DNA of 27,281 nt from an uncultured Bacteroidales bacterium (lineage in GTDB: Bacteria; Bacteroidota; Bacteroidia; Bacteroidales; UBA12077): contig CAYVSF010000002.1 of assembly GCA_964453775.1 (NCBI GenBank), positions 1 to 27,281 on the forward strand, written 5' to 3'. The translations under genes were made by a program, and so were the position numbers. Positions 16,222 to 24,730 of the stretch are shown here, piece by piece. Position 1 is the stretch's first letter; each line of letters begins with the position of its first letter. Below the pieces are notes generated by a model. It ran no database searches. It saw only the letters and a program-made list of their open reading frames with translations, and was not told the origin of the DNA.

Positions 16222-17025
16222 ATGGCTAAAAAATTTAGGGGACATCTTAAAAAAATGATAGCAAAACCAGAAAACCCTGTGGTTTATGAACAGGAGTGGG
16301 ATGGGGATGATTTTATTTGGAATGATTTACTGGGACAGGAGATCAGGATGCAATTTCTTGAAGAAATTAGATGCATTCGCTGTGGAAGGATTACTCGTAA
16401 ATCCTATCATCAGGGTTATTGCTATCCCTGCTATAAAACTGCTCCGCAAACCGCAGATTGTATTTTACATCCCGAACGGTGTATGGCCCACAAAGGCATT
16501 GCAAGGGATTTGGAATGGTCGGAGAAGAATTGCCTGCAAGATCATTTTGTTTATCTTACCCAAACCAGCAATATTAAGGTTGGCGTAACCCGGGGGAGTC
16601 AGGTGCCCACAAGATGGTTGGATCAAGGTGCGGTTGCTGCAGTTCGAATAGCAAAACTGCCCAACAGAAACCGAGCAGGTGAGCTGGAGGTTGCGCTTAA
16701 AAAATATATCGCCGATAAAACCAACTGGAGAAATATGTTAAAGGAAACTCCAATTGAAGAGAAGCTTCTGGAGGCAGAGAGGAAAAATATACTTCCGAAG
16801 ATTTCCAAAGATTTCAGCGATTACCTAATAGAAGACGATACCATTCAGCACTTTAATTATCCGGTAGAGAAATACCCTGAAAAAGTAAAGCCGATTAATC
16901 TGGAAAAAGATAAGCAGATGAAAGCGAAGCTTATGGGCATTAAAGGCCAATATTTGATTTTTGATGAAGGTTTAGTACTTAATGTCAGAAGACACAATGG
17001 TTATCTGGTAGAAATTGAGGTTTAA
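16222..17025 (+). CDS. DUF2797-like protein (Cys-rich)
   Basis: CIRCG...QGYCYPC...CILHPERC...VYL...KVGVTR..QVPTRWLDQGA...KLMGIKGQYLIF is the DUF2797 pattern, recognised from memory. Confidence 0.8.
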   Translation: MAKKFRGHLKKMIAKPENPVVYEQEWDGDDFIWNDLLGQEIRMQFLEEIRCIRCGRITRKSYHQGYCYPCYKTAPQTADCILHPERCMAHKGIARDLEWSEKNCLQDHFVYLTQTSNIKVGVTRGSQVPTRWLDQGAVAAVRIAKLPNRNRAGELEVALKKYIADKTNWRNMLKETPIEEKLLEAERKNILPKISKDFSDYLIEDDTIQHFNYPVEKYPEKVKPINLEKDKQMKAKLMGIKGQYLIFDEGLVLNVRRHNGYLVEIEV

Positions 17026-20000
17026 TCCTCATTTCTATTGTCTTTTATCGCTTTGTTTAATTCTTCCTGGATATTTTCCAGCTGTTTTTTCTTTTTTACT
17101 TCCCTTAGCTTTTGGGCTGTGGTAGTAAAATAATGATGTCCTTTAATAAAGTTACTCTGATGATCGTTCCACTCCTCAAGGTTTTTTATTTTACCTCTTT
17201 CATGCATTTCTTTATAAAGATTTACAGAAACGGGCACGAAATCGGCACGTCCCAGGTAATCCAGATCTGCATCACACATTATTTCTTCCAGAAGGTTTTG
17301 GGGGTTAGGCGGCATTCTGGTAGCCATAATTAATGCAGTAATTTTTTCTATTTGTTCTTGGTTATAATGGTATCTTGGCAGGATTTTTTGAGCCATTTTA
17401 GCGCTTTCTTCTTCATGGGTATCATAATCAACAATATGCCCCATGTCATGAAAAAGGGCAGCAGTTTTGAGCAACAGCATATCTTCATCCGATATTTTTT
17501 CTGATCTTCCTATAAGTTCCACTTGTGTTACCACATCAATGGTATGCTTTACACTGTGATAGTATAAATTATCAGGCAGACCGTTTTCGAGCTTGCTCAA
17601 TACATATTCTTCGATATCATTTAAGCGAAGAAGTTGCAGCTGAGTGAAGAAAGAATCATTTGGGTATAATCCTTTTATATCGGAAGCCATTTCTGGCATA
17701 AAGCTTTCTACGAAATACATATCAATTTCTCCTTTATATTTTACCGGCATTTTACCCCGGTATTTACAAATGAAAAAATCTTTAATGAGCATATAGGTGT
17801 TTTCCGTAATATTTATTTTTCCGGGCTCACCGGAGGCTTCCATACGACTTGCTGTGTTTACTGTTCCGCCCCATATATCGTAAGAAATTTTACTTCTTCC
17901 AAGAACACCTGCAACCACGGGGCCTGTGTCTATCCCAATTCTTAAATCCCAAATTTTTTGTTTTCCATCACCCGATTCATGCTTTAGCGATTTCATGTAA
18001 TTTTGCATTTCCATCGCTGCTAGCACGACTTCTACCGGGTTGGTTCTGTTTTTTTCCGGAATACCACCAGCACACATGTATGCATCGCCAATTGTTTTTA
18101 TTTTTTCTATATTGTATTTTTCTACTACCTCATCGAATTTAAGGAAGAATTTGTCCAGTTCATCAATTAAATGCTCCGAGTCCAGCTGTTCTGATATTTT
18201 AGTAAATCCCTGTATGTCACTAAATAACACAGTAACCATGTTGTAATGATAGGGCCCTGCCCGTTTGCCTGATTTTAGTTCTTTGGCAGTGGTTTTCGGG
18301 AGTACCCGTTCAAGAAGGCGGTCGGCTTTCTCTTTTTGTAGAACAACTTCTTCGGTACGTTCGTTTATGATATTTTCCAGGCGAAACTTTTCTTTAGCAA
18401 AATAATAAGAGCGCCATTTTAGTAACAGAAAAATTAAAGCACCTATTACGGCAATATATATAAAGTACGCTACCGGATTCCTATACAAAGGAGGTTTTAT
18501 TCGAAATGAAAAGCTTTGTGTTGGACTTACTGTATCGTATATATTTTTTGCGCGAAGGTGTAGGGTGTAATTTCCTTCTCTAAGATTCGCAAAGCTTACA
18601 GCGTTTTGGTTGGTCCAATCTGACCAGGAATCTTCAAGACCTTCCAGTTTAGTTTGGAATCTTACAAGGTCTTCATTTTGGAACCCTTTTGCAGAATACG
18701 AAAATGCAACCTGGTTAAAATCATAGTTGAAGATAAATGATTTATTTGCATTTATTTGCGGTTGAGTTAGGCCGTTATAAAGTAGAGAATCTTTTCCAAT
18801 CGTAATTTGATTAAAGGCTACTTCACAAGGATGTGACATGGAAGGGTGATTGCTATCAAACCGGATTAAACCTTCAAATCCGCCAACCCATATTATTCCG
18901 GTAGTATCTGTATGGATTGAGTTTACAAACAGCTGGTCTAATTTATTGAATGATAGTATTTGATGTGATTCTTGCTCTGTTGTATCATATCTGTGAACGT
19001 AAACGTTTTTTCTACCCTTATCCAGGTTATGCTCTGTTAACCAAATATCTCCTTTTTCATCTTCGATGATTGGGAAAAACCAGGATTGATTAGCTTTGGA
19101 TTCCGGTTTCAACTCTTTGTCAGGATAAAACAAGTTTTTATCATGATCGTAGTGAAATAAGCCGAGGTTTGTTGAAAAAAACAGCCCCGATGATGTATTG
19201 TATAGTCTTACCCATTCCACTTCACCATATGTCTGAAGGGCTTTTTTGTAATCATATGTGTGTACTTTCATGTCGGGCCTGTAGGTTTCGAAAGCAGGAA
19301 TCATATAGAGTTTCGAAAACTTCCCCGACAACCAAATATTCCCATTATTATCTTCTGTAATGCTATTGATACCTTCCTTTATTTGTTCCATCTTTTTTTG
19401 GTGAATAAGCAATCCACCTTCAAGTCGAACGATTTGCAAGCCATCGTTTCGGCCCAGGAATAATAACTTTCCGTAGTTTTTACTATGATAGGCTGTTATA
19501 ATATCTCCAATTTCACGGTTGTAAAAAAGTGAGGATTTAAGATCACGGATACGATAACTACCGGTGCTGGTAACAACAAATAATTGATTATTGTAATGGA
19601 AAAAATAGTAGGATGGCATTCTTAAATGGCTTATCTGTTGAAAGGTATTGCAATTTTCACAAGGTAGTTTTTCCCGAGAATGGTTTAGTCCGTATACACC
19701 CTGGCTGGTAGCAATGTATATGTAATTCCTGTCCGAAATAATACTGTTGATGTTCCCTTCCAGCCCATGATTTTCATCGAAGTAACTAAAAGGGGAGGTG
19801 ATTTCTATTCTACTTATTCCATGATTATGGGCAGCCCACAGATTTGATTCATTATCTGTAAATAGATGATTGATTTGGGTGTCATACAATCCATCCTGTC
19901 TGTTGATGATTTGTTGTAAATTACCTGTTTCAGAGAGGATCAGGATGCCTGAATACTGTGTTCCCAGGGCAATTTTATTCCCTGCAATATTAACAGCACA

Positions 20001-20756
20001 TGTAATGTTGTCTCCTTTTAATAGATCCTTTTTGTTGAATTTTACAGGTCTTAACCCTCTATTCTCAATAAAGTAAAGACTATTATCTGCGGTAATTACC
20101 ATCATTTTTTCGGGTAAAGATAAAATGGCCGTAATTTTTCGGTTTTCAAAGAACATACCGGCTTTTATCGGAGAGATGTTATTCCTGTTTATCTGAAACA
20201 AGCCAATATTTTTTTTATGAAGTAAAACTCTGTTCTTTGTTGAGAAGAGTTGCATTCCTTCACCCTCGTCGATTAAAACGGCATGAGAATTCAACTGGTA
20301 ATAAAGTTTGTTATCAGCAATAAAATAGATGTTTTCATTGCCGGCAATAATTTGTTGAATCGTTTCAATGGAGATTGAAAGGGAGTCTTGGATTTCTTTC
20401 AAATAAGGTTCATTCAGGGCGTTGTAAGCCAAAACACCAATGCAGTTATGAGCTCCAATAATAGTTTGGTTTTCAGAGATGGCGCTATAAACCCGCCCAT
20501 TCGTTTTTATTCTTTTCCATTTGAACCCATTGTATAATAAAAGTCCATTGGTGTTTTCTACAATTAAAAGTCCTTCTGGAGATTGACGAATGGCAAAATT
20601 ATTGGATTCCGTTCCATAATTAGGAACAATAATTTTCTGAATATAAGGGCTCCCGGAAAAGCTCAGAGCGTTTTCTTTTTGGGCAGAAATTGCCAGAGAA
20701 AATAAGAAAACAGAAAAAAACAACGTAAAACTTCGAAAAAATCTGTTAAAATTCAT
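17022..20756 (-). CDS. Membrane-anchored class III adenylate cyclase with periplasmic beta-propeller/Y_Y_Y sensor and C-terminal HD domain
   Basis: Start moved to 20756 (signal peptide MNFNRFF...LAISA-Q). Propeller repeats, Y_Y_Y (FQTKLEGLEDSWS...GNYTLHLRAKN) and one TM helix. Cyclase motifs VLFSDIQGFT, EKIKTIGDAYM, RIGIDTGPVVAG, YDIWGGTVNTASRME. HD motifs YHSVKHT, FHDMGH, HEEES, CDADLDYLG. Confidence 0.92.
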   Translation of the reverse strand: MNFNRFFRSFTLFFSVFLFSLAISAQKENALSFSGSPYIQKIIVPNYGTESNNFAIRQSPEGLLIVENTNGLLLYNGFKWKRIKTNGRVYSAISENQTIIGAHNCIGVLAYNALNEPYLKEIQDSLSISIETIQQIIAGNENIYFIADNKLYYQLNSHAVLIDEGEGMQLFSTKNRVLLHKKNIGLFQINRNNISPIKAGMFFENRKITAILSLPEKMMVITADNSLYFIENRGLRPVKFNKKDLLKGDNITCAVNIAGNKIALGTQYSGILILSETGNLQQIINRQDGLYDTQINHLFTDNESNLWAAHNHGISRIEITSPFSYFDENHGLEGNINSIISDRNYIYIATSQGVYGLNHSREKLPCENCNTFQQISHLRMPSYYFFHYNNQLFVVTSTGSYRIRDLKSSLFYNREIGDIITAYHSKNYGKLLFLGRNDGLQIVRLEGGLLIHQKKMEQIKEGINSITEDNNGNIWLSGKFSKLYMIPAFETYRPDMKVHTYDYKKALQTYGEVEWVRLYNTSSGLFFSTNLGLFHYDHDKNLFYPDKELKPESKANQSWFFPIIEDEKGDIWLTEHNLDKGRKNVYVHRYDTTEQESHQILSFNKLDQLFVNSIHTDTTGIIWVGGFEGLIRFDSNHPSMSHPCEVAFNQITIGKDSLLYNGLTQPQINANKSFIFNYDFNQVAFSYSAKGFQNEDLVRFQTKLEGLEDSWSDWTNQNAVSFANLREGNYTLHLRAKNIYDTVSPTQSFSFRIKPPLYRNPVAYFIYIAVIGALIFLLLKWRSYYFAKEKFRLENIINERTEEVVLQKEKADRLLERVLPKTTAKELKSGKRAGPYHYNMVTVLFSDIQGFTKISEQLDSEHLIDELDKFFLKFDEVVEKYNIEKIKTIGDAYMCAGGIPEKNRTNPVEVVLAAMEMQNYMKSLKHESGDGKQKIWDLRIGIDTGPVVAGVLGRSKISYDIWGGTVNTASRMEASGEPGKINITENTYMLIKDFFICKYRGKMPVKYKGEIDMYFVESFMPEMASDIKGLYPNDSFFTQLQLLRLNDIEEYVLSKLENGLPDNLYYHSVKHTIDVVTQVELIGRSEKISDEDMLLLKTAALFHDMGHIVDYDTHEEESAKMAQKILPRYHYNQEQIEKITALIMATRMPPNPQNLLEEIMCDADLDYLGRADFVPVSVNLYKEMHERGKIKNLEEWNDHQSNFIKGHHYFTTTAQKLREVKKKKQLENIQEELNKAIKDNRNED

Positions 20757-20846
20757 ATCTTGGCCTTTGGGAGGAATGTTGCATCTTGAAATATAATAAA
20801 TTATTTTTATTCCTCGTTGGTTTAAAAGAATAAAATATTTCCGGTT

Positions 20847-21677
20847 ATGGAAGATCACCACGAAACAATTTTGGTTCCCTGGGATTTTACTCCAGTTGCT
20901 GAGTGTGCATTGGAACATGCGTTCCGTATGGCAAAGAAGATAGATTGTAAAAGTATTACCTTGCTGCATATTATTAAGAAAAGCAGGGAATATGACGATG
21001 CCCATAAACGCTTGACACTTATGGCTGGAGATTTTTCGGGGAAGAATGGAGTAAAGGTAGAAGTTGAAGTAAGTGTAGGCAGTATTTTTACAACCATCGC
21101 AGAAAAGGCTGATGAATTAAAAGCCAGTCTTGTTATTATGGGGACGCATGGAATTAAAGGTATGCAAAAACTTACCGGAAGCTGGGCCCTTAAAGTAATT
21201 GTGAGTTCAAAAGTCCCATTTGTTGTTGTTCAGGAACCACCTCACGAGAATGATATGGAGAAGGTGATTTTCCCGGTAGATTTTAAACGGGAAAACAAAG
21301 AAATTTTGAACTGGGTAAGCTACCTTTCTCATTTTTATAAATTAAAGTTCTATATCATAAAGCCCAACACTACTGATTTAGGTTTTATAAAAAGAATTAA
21401 AGGAAATATTGCATTTGCACGGCGGTTTTTAGATAGCAAGAATATTGATTACGAAATTCATGCCGCAGATGGCAAAAAAAGTTTTGCCGTAGAAACGATA
21501 GAGTATGCGCGGGAAATTCATGCGGATATGATTATTGTGATGTCAACGAAGAATATTGGTTTGGCTGATTATGTCATTGGTGCCTCTGAGCAATACATAA
21601 TTGCCAATGCTGCTAAGATTCCTGTGATGGTGATTAATCCCCGTGAAGATTTGACACGGTTTGGATCATTCGGATAG
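20847..21677 (+). CDS. Universal stress protein with two USP domains
   Basis: TILVPWDFT..AECALEHA, LVIMGTHG..G...GS, SKVPFVVV, then a second domain (VIFPVDF...IPVMVI). Confidence 0.9.
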   Translation: MEDHHETILVPWDFTPVAECALEHAFRMAKKIDCKSITLLHIIKKSREYDDAHKRLTLMAGDFSGKNGVKVEVEVSVGSIFTTIAEKADELKASLVIMGTHGIKGMQKLTGSWALKVIVSSKVPFVVVQEPPHENDMEKVIFPVDFKRENKEILNWVSYLSHFYKLKFYIIKPNTTDLGFIKRIKGNIAFARRFLDSKNIDYEIHAADGKKSFAVETIEYAREIHADMIIVMSTKNIGLADYVIGASEQYIIANAAKIPVMVINPREDLTRFGSFG

Positions 21678-21702
21678 TATGCAAGTTTTAATATGATACA
21701 GG

Positions 21703-21727
21703 CAGGCTGCCCCAAAAGGGTAGCCTG
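21703..21727 (+). terminator. Hairpin, probable terminator after usp
   Basis: CAGGCTGCCC-CAAAA-GGGTAGCCTG (10-bp stem with one G-U) followed by AT-rich sequence. Confidence 0.6.
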
Positions 21728-21760
21728 TATTATTATTAAAGAGTTATAAATGAACTGATT

Positions 21761-22339
21761 ATGGAGTTAATTTTTGCTACCAATAATAAACATAAACTTT
21801 CAGAGGTTGTCCCTCTTTTGGATGATCGATTCGACTTACTAAGTCTTGAAGATATTAGTTGCCGTGAAGATATTCCGGAAGATCAGGATACGCTGGAAGG
21901 GAACGCTTCTCAAAAAGCCTGGTATATATACAATAAATATCAGAAATCATGTTTTGCCGATGATACAGGGCTTGAAATTGAAGCTTTGAAAGGAAACCCC
22001 GGGGTTATTAGTGCCAGATATGCCGGTCAGCAAAGAAGCGCTCAGGATAATATGAGAAAAGTATTGGAGGAAATGAAGGGAGAGAACAATCGAAATGCAA
22101 GGTTTAGAACAGTTATCAGCCTTATTTGGCAAGGAAGAGAATATCAATTTGAAGGGGTTGTTGAGGGTTCAATTATAGCACAACAAAAAGGAGGGGAAGG
22201 TTTTGGTTATGATCCCATTTTTATTCCGGAAAATCACCAGGAGACTTTTGCCGAGATGGAGTTGAAGGAAAAGAATAAGATTAGTCATCGATCCCGGGCT
22301 ATAAATAAACTGGTAACTTTTTTAAATCAACATATTTAG
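21761..22339 (+). CDS. rdgB: Non-canonical purine NTP pyrophosphatase (RdgB/HAM1)
   Basis: FATNNKHK, ADDTGLEIEALKGNPGVISARYAG, GFGYDPIF, KNKISHR. Confidence 0.95.
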   Translation: MELIFATNNKHKLSEVVPLLDDRFDLLSLEDISCREDIPEDQDTLEGNASQKAWYIYNKYQKSCFADDTGLEIEALKGNPGVISARYAGQQRSAQDNMRKVLEEMKGENNRNARFRTVISLIWQGREYQFEGVVEGSIIAQQKGGEGFGYDPIFIPENHQETFAEMELKEKNKISHRSRAINKLVTFLNQHI

Positions 22340-22393
22340 GTAGGAATATGTGCATTCAAACACTAAAATCAGCATAATTGAGTTAGAAATAAA

Positions 22394-24679
22394 ATGATAC
22401 GGAGATTATTACTTTCTGGAGTGTTCCTTCTTGCTACTTTTTGCTCTTTTGCACAAATAGGTGTTGGTGAATGGAGAAGTCACCTCCCTTATGCTCACGC
22501 AATTGATATAGCCTATACCGGGGAAAGGGTGTATGCCGCTACGGAGCAGGCGCTGTTTTATTATGATGTGAATACCCGTTCTCTGGACAAACTTACTAAG
22601 GTGAATGCTTTATCGGATATCGGTATTTCGGCTATAGGTTATGATGAGTTGACAGAAAACCTGTTGGTGGCTTACAATAATGGAAACATTGATTTATTAA
22701 AAGACAATAACATTTATAATCTTTCCGATATTAAGAGAAAACCATTGGTTGGGGATAAAACGATTTATGATGTGCGCTTTTTTGATGGGCAGGCCTGGTT
22801 GAGTTGTGGCTTCGGTATTGTGGTTGTGAGTCTTGAAAACAGAGAAATTAAAGACAGCTATTTCATTGGAGATTTAGGCACGCAAATAAGAGTTTATGAA
22901 GTAACCCGGGATGACAATTATTATTATGCCGCAACGGATGAAGGACTTTACCGGGCCCCTTTAGAAGGTGTGAATCTGGCAGACTATTCCAATTGGGAGT
23001 TATTGACAGATATCCCCGATTATGCAGGCTCATTTTCCGCTATCAAAATGTATAATTCATTCCTGGTTGCAGTGAGGTCCTACGAAGATGGACCTGATAT
23101 GGTACTTAGAAAAAATGGGGCAAATTGGTCTGTACTTCGCTCTGATTTGATTGATGTGAATAAGGTTGCTGTTTCTCAGAATCAGCTTTATATCCTATCT
23201 TCACAAGGGGTGTTTATATATGACGGGGACTTTAATTTGATAGATGAAATTACAGCCTATAACGATTCAGAAATCAATCCTATGAATATTACCAGTGATG
23301 CTGGGGGGAATCTTTGGATTGCTGATGAGCTGAATGGGCTATTAAAATTGGATAATGGATTTGATTTTTACATTCCAAATGGTCCTTACACAGAAAATGC
23401 ATTTGACGTGGCAGCTGTAAATGATAAAATCTATGTTGCTGCAGGAGGATTGACGCCGGCTTTAAATAATGTATTTCTACCCGGGATGGTTTTTGTTTTT
23501 GAAGAAGAACAATGGGGTAGCATATTTAATTACGATGTTAGTGATATACTTCAAATTACCATTGATCCGCTTGACCCAGATCATTTTTTTGCTTCTACCT
23601 GGGGGAATGGATTGCTGGAATATCAGGATGGAGAGCTGTTAGCGGTTTATGATGAAAACACTTCAAATTTACAATCCATTTATCCGGGGAGTAATTTTGT
23701 TAGAGTTAGTGCTACCGCGATGGATGAACAGGGGAATTTGTGGATTGCTAATTCGCAGGTTACGGATCCTCTTGCCATGCTTGCTGAAGATGGCAATCTG
23801 GAAACCTATTACATGGATGGGATTGCCAGCAATTTAATAACTGGCGAAGTATTGGTAAGCGAAGCGGATCATAAATGGCTATTGTTGAGGGAGGGCGGCG
23901 GAATCCTTGTCTTTAACCATAATGGAACGCCCTTTAATAAAAACGATGATAATTTTCGTCGATTTTCTCTTATTGATGGGGAAGGAACACTTATTAGTAA
24001 TGATGTGTATTGTATTGCTGAAGATATTGATGGAGAAATTTGGGTTGGAACTAACACAGGCATTGTTGTTTATTCCCAACCGGAAAATGTATTTTCCGGA
24101 GAAGATTTTTATGCCCGGCGCATCTTGGTTACCATAGACGATTATACAAATTATTTGCTTGAATCGCAGACAATTACTTCAATTGCTGTAGATGGCGCTA
24201 ATCGGAAATGGATTGGGACGGCAGGCACGGGGGTTTATCTTGTTTCCGAAGACGGACAGGAAGAAGTGTATCATTTTACAGCTGAAAATAGTCCATTACT
24301 TTCTAATAAAATCAATAACATCGCCATTGATAATGGAAGTGGGGAAGTTTTTTTCGCCACCGATAAAGGTTTGATATCCTACAGGGGTTCAGCAACAATG
24401 GGGAATGATGATTTCAGGGATGTATATGTATATCCGAATCCTGTCAGGCCCGATTACTCAGGTGAGATTACTGTTCGGGGATTGGTTGCAGATGCCATTG
24501 TAAAGATTACCGATCTGAGTGGCAACCTGGTATACGAGACCAAAGCAGAGGGCGGGCAGGCAACATGGAATGGGAAGAGTTTTTCAGGAGACCGTGCTGC
24601 ATCAGGGGTGTACCTTGTATTCTGCACAAACAGCGATGGAAGTAAAACCCATATTACCAAGTTCTTAATGCTGAAATAA
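22394..24679 (+). CDS. porZ: T9SS surface component PorZ (beta-propellers + CTD)
   Basis: Signal peptide ending FA-Q, GEWRSHLPY, LSDIGISAI, DGANRKWIGT...GVYL and a CTD (VYPNPVRP...KITDLSGNLVY...WNG...SGVYLVF). 761 aa. It sits next to the HAM1 gene, as I recall for other Bacteroidales. Confidence 0.85.
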   Translation: MIRRLLLSGVFLLATFCSFAQIGVGEWRSHLPYAHAIDIAYTGERVYAATEQALFYYDVNTRSLDKLTKVNALSDIGISAIGYDELTENLLVAYNNGNIDLLKDNNIYNLSDIKRKPLVGDKTIYDVRFFDGQAWLSCGFGIVVVSLENREIKDSYFIGDLGTQIRVYEVTRDDNYYYAATDEGLYRAPLEGVNLADYSNWELLTDIPDYAGSFSAIKMYNSFLVAVRSYEDGPDMVLRKNGANWSVLRSDLIDVNKVAVSQNQLYILSSQGVFIYDGDFNLIDEITAYNDSEINPMNITSDAGGNLWIADELNGLLKLDNGFDFYIPNGPYTENAFDVAAVNDKIYVAAGGLTPALNNVFLPGMVFVFEEEQWGSIFNYDVSDILQITIDPLDPDHFFASTWGNGLLEYQDGELLAVYDENTSNLQSIYPGSNFVRVSATAMDEQGNLWIANSQVTDPLAMLAEDGNLETYYMDGIASNLITGEVLVSEADHKWLLLREGGGILVFNHNGTPFNKNDDNFRRFSLIDGEGTLISNDVYCIAEDIDGEIWVGTNTGIVVYSQPENVFSGEDFYARRILVTIDDYTNYLLESQTITSIAVDGANRKWIGTAGTGVYLVSEDGQEEVYHFTAENSPLLSNKINNIAIDNGSGEVFFATDKGLISYRGSATMGNDDFRDVYVYPNPVRPDYSGEITVRGLVADAIVKITDLSGNLVYETKAEGGQATWNGKSFSGDRAASGVYLVFCTNSDGSKTHITKFLMLK

Positions 24680-24706
24680 AAAAGAGGATTCATTTTCAGA
24701 ATCCTC
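24677..24706 (-). terminator. Terminator between the convergent porZ and WD40-caspase genes
   Basis: GAGGATTC (24684-24691) / GAATCCTC (24699-24706), with a T-run on the minus strand. Confidence 0.65.
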
Positions 24707-24730
24707 ATCCTTTTATGTGGTTAAATTGAC

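Noticed and set aside
17022-18240. Possible Pycsar/CBASS-type anti-phage system (cyclase plus an HD domain resembling those on Bacteroidota Pycsar-effector-like proteins)
   Set aside because: The cyclase has ATP-specifying residues and a periplasmic sensor. There is no adjacent cNMP-binding, TIR or TM effector gene, and the context is housekeeping rather than a defence island.
20757-21005. 83-aa N-terminal extension of the cyclase ORF
   Set aside because: It overlaps the usp gene on the opposite strand. A clean signal peptide begins at 20756.
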